Part shown: positions 23,787 to 40,970 of the stretch, in pieces
Position numbering within the stretch: the stretch's first letter is position 1
Layout of the letters: the number at the start of each line of letters is the position of its first letter
Assembly: GCA_002269645.1 (NCBI GenBank)
Contig: NIVC01002324.1
Coordinates: forward strand, 108,816 to 172,815
DNA length: 64,000 nucleotides
Direction: 5' to 3'
From: Macrostomum lignano
Taxonomy: Eukaryota
Position numbers and translations under genes: made by a program
Notes under the pieces: generated by a model
What the model was told of the DNA's origin: nothing
Databases searched by the model: none
Seen by the model: the letters and a program-made list of their open reading frames with translations, nothing else

Positions 23787-25069
23787 GGCGTCGGCGGCGA
23801 CGGAGACGCCTGGGCTGCTGCCGGCTCGTCGAACGCTGCCGCCGGATCTTCGCTAGCGATCGCCATCACGGATGCTGCCTCCGAGGTCGACGAAGTGGAC
23901 GCCGCCGATGGCGACGCCGCAGCTGCCGCTGCTGTCGACGATGCCGGAGCTTCTGAGAAGCCGGCAGTTTTGTCGACAAGCCGCTGCAGGCAGTACAGCG
24001 GATTGGAGTCACCGCTGCCGAGACCGGCCGGCGTTTTCGGGCCCGACGGAGCCAGGAGGTCCGGGCAGATATAGGCCGGCTGTTTGGGGGAATCCCTGGG
24101 CTGCGGTTTTGATAAAGAGGCTGGGGCTGGGGGCGGTGCGGCAGGTTTCAGCGCCGCTGCTGGTCCGGAGGCAGCGGCTGCTGGATCAGCGGCGCTGCTG
24201 ATGATCTCGGCATAGTGCCGGCTGCGCACCATGTGCATGGTGAGCTCCGGCAGGGTGCGGAAGCTTTGCCGGCAGCGGATGCAGCGCAGGATCTCCCGGG
24301 TCTGCTCCGTCTCCGAGTTGATCCACATGTCCTGGCCGCGGACCAGCTTGGGCTGCTCGCGGGCCGGTGGAGTCGTCGTCTTCGGCGGCCGCGGCGGCGG
24401 CTCGACAACAGCAGCGGAAGCCGCCAAGGCGTCCGTCGAGGCCGAGAAGTCGCCGTGCCCCGCGGCCCGCATGTGCACCGTCAGGCCGACAAGGTTGGCG
24501 AAGCGGCGGCCGCAGGAGCAGCGGAAGTCCGTCTCGCCGCTGCTCAGCCGGGCAGACTCGGCTACAGGCGTCGGCAGCGGCGGCGGCGCAGGCGGCAGCA
24601 GACGCGGCGGAGGCGGCGGCGGCATGATGGAGCTGAGGTAGGACGTCAGGCACTGGGCGTACATCGCTGCAGCTGCGGCTGCTGCCTGCCATTGACTGTC
24701 GGCGGACGGACCAACAGCTGAAGACGGCGGGTTGAGCTGCAGCATCAACTGAGAATGCTGGTGAGCTGCCAGCAGCGGCGACAGGTCCGGCGTCAGGCTG
24801 GGCGTCGGCAAAGGCTTCGCTGTCAGGTCCAGCGGCGGCGAGGCGACAGCGAAACATTCGCTGCACTCCGGTGACTCCGGCAGTCGAGGCCGCTTCTTGG
24901 GTGGCACGCAGCTGCTGATCCTTGTTGCTGCCTGGTGGACGACGCCATCAGAGCCGGCTGGTGACAGCGGCTGCGGCACCGGCCTCTTCTGGCACTGCTG
25001 ATTGGCGATCATCCCGGCTGAGGTCTGGGAAAGTTGGGTGACAGAGTTATGCAAATACAACTGCAGCAT
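23489..25069 (-). CDS. tsh: Teashirt/tiptop-family zinc-finger transcription factor (~526 aa, single coding exon)
   Basis: Family signature KLVRGQDMW...EQTREILRCIRCRQSF..L.ELT.HM..S.HY; PLDLT CtBP-binding motif; NPLYCLQRLV box; three zinc fingers. First ATG at 25069, just after a candidate acceptor CATTCAG| (exon from 25075). The ORF-track start at 25120 is TTG. Confidence 0.9.
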
Positions 25070-25789
25070 GGCAAGCTGAATGTGCTGCTTTGGTTGGGTA
25101 TTTAAATGTATCCTCAGCAAGACCCCGGCCAGCCAACCACAGTAACTCTCCTGACTGCAATCTGATTCGTTCGTTCGTTTTTTTTAGTCAAGCAGCAGAC
25201 CAGAGGAGAGAACAGGCGACTTCTGTCCTTGGGGCGGCGGTGCTCCGGCGGTCTCTTTCATCTTCTAGTCCAACCCCCTGCCCCCATTTGCCTTATCGAG
25301 CAGACAGAGACTCGCACGGCGGCAGGGGGGGGGGGCGACCGCTGCTGTCAAAAACTGAAACCCCCTCTTTGTGTTGCCTCTCGGGCCCGGCTGATATGAC
25401 AGAATGGAATTAATTGTTAACAGGCTTGCAAATGCTGGGGGTGGGGGGCAAGCCAGAAAAAACAGGCCAAAGCAGACAGAGAACAGAGTCAAAAATGCTC
25501 AAAGCCCTGCTCTCCGACAGTCAAGTCAACAAGCTGCGTTACTGAAGGGGTTGGTCATAAATCAACTTGGAAATTCTTCTTTTTTTCATGGTCGACAGAA
25601 AGCAAAGCAACTTTTGTGTTGCCCGGTCTACTCGGCTCGAGGCGGTGCTGTGTTGGTACGGTTAAATTAATGATTAAACCACGGAATTGGTTGCTGTCTG
25701 GCGTTGCCTGAGTTTGCAATTCAATTTTAAGATGCTGGAGCGAGGTGGGCACCTTAATAAGGTAGCGGGTATCAGGGTTTGAATTTTTT

Positions 25790-26665
25790 GTGGCATAGAA
25801 ATCGGGTGCTTGTGTCATAGAAATCGGGAGTTGTGGCATAGAAATCGGGTGTTGTGGCATAAGAAATCGGGAGTTGTGGCATAGAAATCGGGTGTTGTGG
25901 CATAAGAAATCGGGAGTTGTGGCATAGAAATCGGGAGTTGTGGCATAAACATCGGGAGTTGTGGCATAGAAATCGGGTGTTGTGGCATAAGAAATCGGGA
26001 GTTGTGGCATAAGAAATCGGGAGTTGTGGCATAAGAAATCGGGAGTTGTGGCATAGAAATCGGGAGTTGTGGCATAGAAATCGGGTGCTTGTGGCATAGA
26101 AATCGGGAGTTGTGGCATAAACATCGGGTGCTGTGGCATAGAAATCGGGTGCTTGTGGCATAAACATCGGGTGTTGTGGCATAGAAATCGGGTGCTTGTG
26201 GCATAGAAATCGGGTGCTTGTGGCATAGAAATCGAGAGTTGTGGCATAGAAATCGGGAGTTGTGGCATAGAAATCGGGAGTTGTGGCATAGAAATCGGGA
26301 GTTGTGGCATAGAAATCGGGAGTTGTGGCATAGAAATCGGGAGTTGTGGCATAGAAATCGGGAGTTGTGGCATAGAAATCGGGAGTTGTGGCATAGAAAT
26401 CGGGAGTTGTGTCATAGAAATCGGGTGCTTGTGGCATAGAAATCGGGAGTTGTGTCATAGAAATCGGGTGCTTGTGTCATAGAAATCGGGTGCTTGTGTC
26501 ATAGAAATCGGGTGCTTGTGTCATAGAAATCGGGTGCTTGTGTCATAGAAATCGGGTGCTTGTGTCATAGAAATCGGGAGTTGTGGCATAGAAATCGGGT
26601 GTTGTGGCATAGAAATCGGGTGCTGTGGCATAGAAATCGGGTGTTGTGGCATAGAAATCGGGTGC
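25790..26665. repeat. 21-bp minisatellite (GTTGTGGCATAGAAATCGGGA)
   Basis: Direct reading. Confidence 0.93.
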
Positions 26666-27420
26666 AGGGATCAGAATGAAAAAGCAGTTATTTAATGAAC
26701 AGATCTTGTCCATCAAAATGTTTGCGCTGAAAGAAGAATTAGGTCAAGCATTGTGTTTCTGTGACACTAAGGGCAAAGGCTGGTACACCAGAAGTGAAGC
26801 TGCAGGATCCAATCACTCCACACATTCAGTCAGATCGTGAGAAAAGTCTGTCAGCACGAACTGTCTGCACGGCATGGCAGCTATTCGGCACCAACTCGAA
26901 TATCTTCATCCGCCAAGCATCCCCCGGGGTTCCCACGCGTATAACAATGCGATGCGACTGAATTCTGGCTTTGTTTGTTTATGAATGTTGACTCTGCTGT
27001 TGCCTGTAATTGCGACTGTGGAACCCAGATAGAGAGTTTGTGTGTCCGGCTTCATGCTTACATTTGATTTAGGTGTAAATTAGGGGTAGATTGGGAGAGA
27101 CTGGGTAGATTTGGAGGGACTGGGGTAGATTGGAAGAGACTGGGGTAGATTGGGAGAGATTGGGGTAGATTGGGAGAGACTGGGGTAGATTTGGAGGGAC
27201 TGGGGTAGATTGGAAGAGACTGGGGTAGATTGGGAGAGATTGGGGTAGATTATGGGAGACAGTGGGTAGATTTTCGGAGACAAAGGTAGATTGGGAGAGA
27301 CTGGGGTAGACTGGGGTAGATTGGGAGAGGCTAGGGTAGATTGGGAGAGACTGTGAGTAGATTTTTGGAGACTAAGGTAGATTGGGAGAGACTGTGGGTA
27401 GATTTTGGGAGATTAAGGTA

Positions 27421-32076
<4,656 letters not shown>

Positions 32077-33029
32077 GACTGACTGACGGACTCTCACTCA
32101 CCTCTCTCTGTCGAGTTGCTTTTATCAAATGAATCCGGAGGTCAGAAAATGAAGTAGTTTCTGCTCACAAATATCCAATCTTTGAGTTAAAACTGCAAGC
32201 TGGTTACAGCGCTTGAGCTGTGAAAAATTTTAAACTAAAGACTGAGTTCCAAAGCGCTAAATTGTGAGATAGGAGGCAGTTAGTTGGTCGGCATGGCGGT
32301 TTTAAAGACACACAGGGCCGGGTCCTTATTGGGTGTCCCCGGTCCACTGCATGGGCGGTAGAGATCAATCGCCAACCCCAGCCAAGGAGGCCGAGAACCG
32401 GAATCTGGAGGAGCATCCGATCCAGCTACATTTTCAGACAAGAGGTGTTAGCCAAACTTCATGTTGATAAATAAGAATGAGTTGCTGCTCCAAGTTCTGG
32501 TTCTGGGACTCCATGGCTCTGCTCCCCATTACCCTTACTCCTTCCTCACTGACAGCCACTTGTTCCCGCGTGTTTCTTCATGCCCCGTCTGTCTCTCCGC
32601 GGGTACCCGGGGTTGGCTTTATGACCAGTTCACCGCATATACTGCCTGATATATTACTTCTGGAAGGGAGGTTATCAATTTGGAGGTTGGGGTGGGTGAG
32701 TGATTTATGATTTATGATGCCGCCTCTACCTCCCCCCGTGTGCTGTCTGCACGCCTCCGCAAATGCCGCTCTATTAAGATCGTAAAACCGTAAAGCCCCA
32801 TGCTCTTAGCGCAGCTATGTTCAATTTTGAGAACTTGAGAAGTCACTTCTCTCTCCGGGTGCCATTATTTTTAGTTTTTATGATAGATTGCAAGCTATAA
32901 ATGTTTATAGGACTTACTCGCACAGTATTAGCATTAGCGCGCATGAAACAGCTGTTTATGCAAAAGCAAGATGAACTCAGAAGAATGCCCTGCGTGAGAA
33001 CTGTCTAGCTATAGGAGAACGGATGCAGT

Positions 33030-33730
33030 TGTTGAGAGATTCTCGTGAGATTTGTTGGGAGATTCTCGTGAGATTTGTTGAGAGATTCTCGTGAGATTTG
33101 TTGAGAGATTCTCGTGAGATTTGTTGAGAGATTCTCGTGAGATTTGTTGAGAGATTCTCGTGAGATTTGTATGGAGATTCTCATGAGACTAATAGTGAAA
33201 TTCTAATGAGATTTGTTGGGAGATTCTCATGAGATTTATATGGAGATTCTCATGAGACTAATGGTGAGATTCTAATGAGATTTGGAGGAAATTCTCATGA
33301 GATTTGTGAAGAGATTCTCATGAGATTTGTGGGGAGATTCTCTTGAGATTTGTGAGGAGAGATGCTCACAAGATTTTGGGGAGATTCTCGTGAGATTTGT
33401 GGAGAGAGTGTGTGGGGATTCTGAGTAGAGTGTGTGGGAGATTCTGAGTAGAGTGTGTGAGAGATTCTGAGTAGAGTGTGTGGGGATTCTGAGTAGAGTG
33501 TGTGAGAGATTCTGAGTAGAGTGTGTGGGGATTCTGAGTAGAGTGTGTGGGAGATTCTGAGTAGATTGTGTGGGAGATTCTGAGTAGAGTGTGTGGGGAT
33601 TCTGAGTAGAGTGTGTGGGGATTCTGAGTAGAGTGTGTGGGGATTCTGAGTAGAGTGTGTGGGGATTCTGAGTAGAGTGTGTGGGAGATTTTGAGTCGAG
33701 TGTGTGGGAGATTCTGAGTAGAGCGTGTGG
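33030..33730. repeat. Two adjacent related minisatellites (23-bp GAGATTTGTTGAGAGATTCTCGT; 22-23-bp GATTCTGAGTAGAGTGTGTGGG)
   Basis: Direct reading. Confidence 0.9.
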
Positions 33731-34202
33731 GGATCCTGAGTGCATCTGAGAGCTGCTTCCCAAATTTTGGGAAGTCCTGTCCTATGAAACTTCGCACTGC
33801 AAATATTTCTATTACGACAAAGTATTTGTTTACATACGAGCAATCATGGCAGATCAGAGAGAACTTCCATCCAATGTTTAGCCCGCGCTACACCTCGACT
33901 CTCCGCGGGTGGCATCAAAAGACGCGGACCGAATTCAAAAATGGAAAGTGAAATGGCACTTGGATCAAACAGAAGTTTTTTATTGCGCATTATAGATTGG
34001 CAGCTAAGATAAGAGTGACTGCCCCCACTGCAGTCTGAGGTAGGCAGAGAAGGAATTTCCAGGAATTCGGTAGGTTTAGGCCGTTAAATTGGGGTGCTGA
34101 AGTTGCTGACTAGAGGGTGACTCACTCAGGCAGCTTCGCGCGAAAACCTTGGCTTGAAATTTATCAACTGTCTGCATTTATAAATACTTGCTGTAAGTTG
34201 TT

Positions 34203-34290
34203 GTCTTAATTTATTTGCACCACGGTGCAGATAAATGCCGCTACCTCCTCGTGGTGAGAGCGGAGAGCCGCGCTTAACTGCTGCGGCGGC
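34203..34290 (+). ncRNA. Putative HDV-like self-cleaving ribozyme at the RTE 5' end
   Basis: P3/L3 ACC-TCCTCGT-GGT (34243-34255); P1.1 GG (34262-34263); P2 GCCGCT/GGCGGC; long J1/2 hairpin (34209-34236). P1 needs a bulge and J4/2 is non-canonical. Confidence 0.55.
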
Positions 34291-37200
34291 CAAATGCGGC
34301 AGGACCAAGCGAGGGCAGCGGAGCGCGCGTCGGCGAGTCGAACGCCGTCGCGAGCGAAACTGGCGAGGTCGGCAACGTGGTGCCGCCCGCCGAGCTGCTG
34401 CTGCGCTGGCCCAATTGGATCTTCCGGGTGGCGCCGGGGACCATGAGGCTCACCAGCACCGAGCCCCAGCCGTACCAGAGGGCACGCTTCGGGTCGGGAC
34501 GCTGAACTGCCGCACTCTCAAGGCCACATGGCGGAGAGGGCTGCTGGCGAGGCTAGCACTCGACCTCAGATGTGATGTCATCGCACTACAGGAGGTGTCT
34601 ATCAGAGCCGACCCCGGACTTCACTGTGAGGACCTGGGCGCCGGTTGGACACTCTGGTACACCTCAGCGGATGAGCGAGGCCGTGGAGGAGTTGGAGCGC
34701 TGATCGGACCGAGGCTGCAGCAGAGCTGTCGCTGCGTCTCCCTGTCTTCTCGGCTGCTTCGGGTCGACGTCCGGCTTCGCGGCCGGAACGCCCGCCTGTT
34801 CTGCGCGTACGCGCCGCCTGCTACCCGCTCCGATGAGACTCAGGCCTTCTTCGAGCAACTCTCGGTGCGGGTGGAGGAGATGGCGCAACGTGACACAGTG
34901 GTCATTCTCGGAGACCTGAACGCAGTTCTGCGTAGGTCCGAGCGATCGCTGTTCGTGACAGCGCGCGAGAATGGCAACACCGGAGCGCTAGAGGACTTCC
35001 TGGAGAGACAGGACATGGTGTCGGCCAACACCAGATTCCGCAAGTCACCGGGCAGGCTCGCGACCTTCGTGGGCTGCAAGCGGAGGCGGCGGAACGCGCG
35101 CGGCCGGAACGCTACGCGAAGGCTGGCACAGCTCGACCACGTGCTTGTGCGCTTTCGTGAGCGCCGCCGCGTCACCAACTGCCGCACCATTACGCCGCTG
35201 GCTCTGCGGTCCGACCATCGGCTGCTCATCTGCGACCTTCGGCTTCGGGACCCGCTCTACCGTCCGCCAAAGCGGCCACCGCGGCACTACTACCGCGCGC
35301 TCAGGGACGCCGAGACGCGACGTCGCTTTGCCGGTGCCTTTGTCACTGCGCTGGGCGACAAGCGTGGAGGAGCCGAGTACGCGGAGGTGAGCGCTGCAGT
35401 TCGAGCCGCTGCGGAGCAAGCAGTCCCGCTGATGCGACCGGCCCAGCGCGGGCAGCCGGTCTGGCAGGACGACCCCGCGATCGACGAAGCGAGGGAAGAT
35501 CTGGAGAGGCTCCGTCTGAGTGGGCGGCAAACTCGCGAGGCGGAGGAGGCTCTGGCGGCTGTCTACCTGCAGCGGCAGCAGTCCGCTGTCGATGACGCCA
35601 TCCAAGCCGTCTCTGCCGCAGGGCCCGATGCCAGAGGGCGCGTGGCCTGGTCCGTCATCAACACTCTGACGGGGCGAAAGCGGCGCATTGCGCTCAACCT
35701 GGCAGGCGACACTCCGGATGAGCGCAGGAACGAGCTGCGCAAGTTCTTCGCCGCCATTGTCAACGCGCCGCCCCCTCCGCTTCCAGAAAATCTGAGGCTG
35801 CCGCCGGAGACGCCGTTGCCGGCGGAGGAGAGCTTCAACGTTGCCCCAGTCAGCACAGCCGACGTTGTGAAGTTCGCTCGGCAGTCGCCGGGCGGCAAAG
35901 CGCTTGGTCCGGACGAGGTGCCCACCGAGGCGCTGCGGATCCACTGCGTGGCCACTGAGGTCGCCAGAGTGATGAACCGCGTGCTTTCCGGTGAGGTGGC
36001 GCCAAACGAATGGACCACGGCGCACATCGTCGCCATTCCAAAGAAGCCGGGCACCACCAAGCTCGAGGAGCATCGAGGCATCTGCCTACAGTCCTGCGCC
36101 GCGAAGCTGTTCAACCGCATGCTGCTATCGCGGCTACAGCCTGTGCTGGACCCGTACCTGCGGCCTGAGCAGAACGGATTCCGGCCCCATCGCGGCACAG
36201 TGACGCAGATCCTGGCTCTTCGGCGAGTCATCGAGGAGGCGCGCATCCGCCAGTTGACCCTGATCCTGATCTTCGTCGATTTCAGGAAGGCCTTCGACTC
36301 GGTCGTGAGGGACGCGCTCCCAGAGGTGCTCCGTGCGTACAACGTGCCAGAGCTGCTGATTTCTGCTGTCATGGCGCTGTACCACGGCACGACGGCTGCT
36401 GTCTCAACACCGGACGGCCTATCGGATTTCTTCGAGACATCCTCCGGGGTGCTCCAGGGAGATACGCTAGCGCCGTTCCTATTTATTCTGGTGCTTGACT
36501 GGGTGCTGCGGACTGCTCTGCCTTCCAACGACGACGGCTTCCTGCTGCGGCGACGTGTGGGTCGACGCCAACCGGAGAGACGGCTCAGCGTGCTTGGCTA
36601 CGCCGATGACCTCGCCCTGCTGTCCTCGACCGTCGAGGGCGCCCAACGACAGCTGGATAGGCTGGTTGCCGTTGCGGCGAGCGTCGGCCTGGTGGTCAAC
36701 ACGCAGAAGACCGTCGTGCTATGCGTGCCGGACGACACCGAGGCTGCAATCTTCTGCCGAGGCGCTGACGGACAGGCGAGTGAGCTTCCAAGATGTCAGC
36801 AGTTCGTCTACCTCGGCGGTCTGGTTCCCGACGTTCGCGAGGATCTGCGGCGTCGCCGAGGACTTGCCTGGGCTGCCTTTCGTTCTATAAGGTCAGTCCT
36901 GCAGTCCGAGGCCCTACCGGACCGCCAGAGGGCGGCGCTGTTCCAGGCGGTGATCGAGACCGTCCTGTTATACAACGCCGAGACCTGGACGCTGACAGAC
37001 TCGCTCGAGGCTCAAGTCGACGCGGCGCACGCTGGCCTGCTGCGCGCCGCCTTCAAGATCGGCAACGAGCGAGTCACCAACACGGCGCTCTATCATCGCG
37101 CCGGCCTGGCCCGTCCTAGCGATCTGCTGCGCCGTCGGCGACTCCAGCTGGCAGGCCACGTCATCCGCGCCGAGGCCTACTGTCCGGAGCCGGTGCAGGA

Positions 37201-37351
37201 GGTGCTGCTACTTACGTTGCAGGCACCCTACCGGCGGGGACAAGCGAGGACACGGCGCTACGTCGACTGTCTGCTGGCTGACGCCGGCGCCCCGGACTCT
37301 GCCGGCGGTGCGGCCTTTGTTCGCGCCCAGGCTTCGAAGCGTGCCATCTGA
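34235..37351 (+). CDS. RTE polyprotein: APE endonuclease plus reverse transcriptase (1038 aa, intact)
   Basis: EN motifs TLNCRTL, IALQE, ILGDLNA, LDHVL, SDH. RT motifs GPDEVP, EQNGFR, FVDFRKAFDSV, GVLQGDTLAPFLF, YADD. No stops or frameshifts. Confidence 0.96.
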   Translation: MPLPPRGESGEPRLTAAAAKCGRTKRGQRSARRRVERRRERNWRGRQRGAARRAAAALAQLDLPGGAGDHEAHQHRAPAVPEGTLRVGTLNCRTLKATWRRGLLARLALDLRCDVIALQEVSIRADPGLHCEDLGAGWTLWYTSADERGRGGVGALIGPRLQQSCRCVSLSSRLLRVDVRLRGRNARLFCAYAPPATRSDETQAFFEQLSVRVEEMAQRDTVVILGDLNAVLRRSERSLFVTARENGNTGALEDFLERQDMVSANTRFRKSPGRLATFVGCKRRRRNARGRNATRRLAQLDHVLVRFRERRRVTNCRTITPLALRSDHRLLICDLRLRDPLYRPPKRPPRHYYRALRDAETRRRFAGAFVTALGDKRGGAEYAEVSAAVRAAAEQAVPLMRPAQRGQPVWQDDPAIDEAREDLERLRLSGRQTREAEEALAAVYLQRQQSAVDDAIQAVSAAGPDARGRVAWSVINTLTGRKRRIALNLAGDTPDERRNELRKFFAAIVNAPPPPLPENLRLPPETPLPAEESFNVAPVSTADVVKFARQSPGGKALGPDEVPTEALRIHCVATEVARVMNRVLSGEVAPNEWTTAHIVAIPKKPGTTKLEEHRGICLQSCAAKLFNRMLLSRLQPVLDPYLRPEQNGFRPHRGTVTQILALRRVIEEARIRQLTLILIFVDFRKAFDSVVRDALPEVLRAYNVPELLISAVMALYHGTTAAVSTPDGLSDFFETSSGVLQGDTLAPFLFILVLDWVLRTALPSNDDGFLLRRRVGRRQPERRLSVLGYADDLALLSSTVEGAQRQLDRLVAVAASVGLVVNTQKTVVLCVPDDTEAAIFCRGADGQASELPRCQQFVYLGGLVPDVREDLRRRRGLAWAAFRSIRSVLQSEALPDRQRAALFQAVIETVLLYNAETWTLTDSLEAQVDAAHAGLLRAAFKIGNERVTNTALYHRAGLARPSDLLRRRRLQLAGHVIRAEAYCPEPVQEVLLLTLQAPYRRGQARTRRYVDCLLADAGAPDSAGGAAFVRAQASKRAI

Positions 37352-37564
37352 CGTTGCTTTTGTGATCCGGCAGCGTACTCTGTTGTTGTTGTTGTTGTAA
37401 GTTGTAAGTAATTCTTTAGCACAAATTGCAGTGCAGGCTAGGCGTTTACATTACCAGTTAACGCCGTTCGTCAGAGTCTAAATTGATGCTATGTTTGCGA
37501 TTACCAAGGGAGGCGATCGGAAACAGAAGGTCGTGTTTTATGAGCTATGACTAGCCTGATGCTA

Positions 37565-38240
37565 CTAAATAATATTTTGGCACCTAAATGATCACTTTGG
37601 CGACTAAATAATCACTTTGGCGACTAAATACTCACTTTGGCGACTAAATACTCACTTTGGCGACTAAATAATCACTTTGGTGACTAAATAATCACTTTGG
37701 CGACTAAATACTCACTTTGGCGACTAAATAATCACTTTGGCGACTAAATTATATTTTGGCACCTAAATAATCACTTTGGCGACTAAATAATCGCTTTGGC
37801 GACTAAATAATCACTTTGGAGCCTAAATAATCACTTAGGCGACTAAATAATCACTTTGGCGACTAAATAATCACTTTGGCGACTCAATAATCACTTTGGC
37901 GACTAAATAATCACTTTGGTGACTAAATTATATTTTGGCACCTAAATAATCACTTTGGCGACTAAATAATCGCTTTGGCGACTAAATAATCACTTTGGAG
38001 CCTAAATAATCACTTAGGCGACTAAATAATCACTTTGGCGACTAAATAATCACTTAGGCGACTAAATAATCACTTTGGCGACTAAATAATCACTTTGGCG
38101 ACTAAATAACCGCTTTGGCGACTAAATAATCACTTTGGCGACTAAATAATCACTTTGGCGACTAAATAATCGCTTTGGCGACTAAATAATCACTTTGGAG
38201 CCTAAATAATCACTTAGGCGACTAAATAATCACTTTGCTT
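37565..38240. repeat. 20-bp minisatellite (CTAAATAATCACTTTGGCGA)
   Basis: Direct reading. Confidence 0.93.
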
Positions 38241-38844
38241 TATTGTGTCTTTATTGACAGGCTGATATTTCAGTTTAATGCCGTGCAAACTGTGAATTAT
38301 AAGGGCCTTTTGTCGATCTACTTTGCCTAGAGATGTTTGTGCATTTCAACAGCAAAATCTGCAGTCAGGTCTGACATTTCTGATGACGCAGTACCAGGAG
38401 ATAGGAGATGGTTTCTCTCCTCGACAATCAACATTGCCATGATTCAGTGTAGCTTTCATAGTGAATTTCGATAAAGTTTTGAACCCAGAACTTCATAAAT
38501 GTCATCGAAAGAAGACGAGCCATGCAGCGCCTCATCGCTACATATTTTATTTCTTGCTATAATTCTGCTTATATTATTGCTCTGTCTGGCAGTAAACTTA
38601 CAGTAAACAGAAACTGTTTCCAAAGCTTTCTACGGAGTTTAAAAAGATGCAGAAAAAAACGTGAATATGCGCATCTAACTCCCCTGGCAACTTTGGAATT
38701 GCGAGTTTCTGTCTATATTGTACTGTTGCACTCGATAAGCACCTGTACACAATCTTAGTCCTAAACAACCAAGCATTGACTGCGCGCCAACATTCTTTAA
38801 TTAGCTGCTTTACAGAACCATAGATAAATCAAGTCCACTCAGCC

Positions 38845-39605
38845 CAATACTCAGTCCAATACCAAAACACAATACCCAGCCCAATACCCGATACCCATCC
38901 CAATCCCCGATACCCATCCCGATACCCAGCCCAATACCCGATACCCATCCCAATCCCCTATACCCATCCCGATACCCAGCCCAATACCCGATACCCATCC
39001 GAATCCCCTATACCCATCCCGATACCCAGCCCAATACCCAGTCCAATACCCAGCCCAATACCAGCCCAATACCAGCCCAATACCAGCCCAATACCCAGCC
39101 CAATACCCAGTCCAATACCCAGCCCAATACCAACCCAATGCCCGAACCAATAACCTAGCCCAATACCCAGCCCAATACCCAGCCCAATACCCAGCCCAAT
39201 ACCCAGCCCAATACCCAACCCAATACCCAACCCAATACCCAGCCCAATACCCTGCCCAATATTCAACCCAATACCCAATCCAATACCAAGGCGAATACCC
39301 AGCCCAATACCCAGTCCAATACCCAACCCAATACCCAGCCCAATACGCAGTCCAATACCCAACCCAATACGCAGTCCAATACCCAGTCCAATACCCAACC
39401 CAATACCCAGCCCAATACCCAGCCCAATACCCAACCCAATACCCAGCCCAATACCCAGCCCAATACCCAACCCAATACCCAACCCAATACCCAACCCAAT
39501 ACCCAGCCCAATACCCAACCCAATACCCAGCCCAATACCCAGTCCAATACCCAACCCAATACCCAGCCCAATACCCAGTCCAATACCCAACCCAATACCC
39601 AGCCG
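38845..39605. repeat. 12-bp minisatellite (CCCAATACCCAG)
   Basis: Direct reading. Confidence 0.93.
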
Positions 39606-40169
39606 AAGCTTGAAATCGTTTCCCAGCATCGCAGGAAAACAAGCCCTTGCCCGTGCAGGCATCAATCAGTCAACCAGTCAGTCCGTCAGTTAAATAATGC
39701 CACTCCATTGGGTAGATGGTTGAGCTGATCTCTAGCAGTCAGCTCGCAGGCAGTTTAGAGGGAATCAATGCGCTGATCCGCTATTCCCAAATCCCCAATG
39801 CAGTGTCCAGAACATGGGCAGCAGCATGCGCAGGCGGGGAGGGACCGGCCATCAAAGGAGAAGCCGCCGTCAGTTTATTGACAGAGAGGGCGCGGTGAGG
39901 GCAGAGGCTTTTGCCCCTATTGTGTGGTAGCACTACACACCGGTTATGACGGCCTCACGTGACGGGCCGCTGGTGGTTATTTACGATCCCCCCGTGACAG
40001 GCCGCTTTCGGTCAGTCCCGCCGTGTGCAGTGACACAATTGGGGTGGCAGCACTGCCGGTTGTTGTTATCTGCATAAGAGGCGGCTTCAGTTGCACGCCC
40101 GTGATCTGTGATTGATTAGGGGGGTCCGACCAGCGTGTCAGTTGGTGGATTATGCTAGGCTTATGCCAG

Positions 40170-40970
<801 letters not shown>

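Larger units (their letters stand above)
34203..37395 (+). mobile_element. Full-length RTE-clade non-LTR retrotransposon
   Basis: 10-bp TSD TGTAAGTTGT (34192-34201, 37396-37405). Single ORF, very short 3' UTR ending in (TGT)n. GC-rich relative to its flanks. Confidence 0.93.

Noticed and set aside
32780-32800. Spliced-leader RNA gene (CCGTAAAG seed)
   Set aside because: Only a short seed resembles the leader I recall; no donor site or Sm-binding site follows.
35045-36528. Long antisense ORFs within the RTE (and within tsh and SIN3)
   Set aside because: Expected shadows of GC-rich coding sequence; no recognisable motifs.
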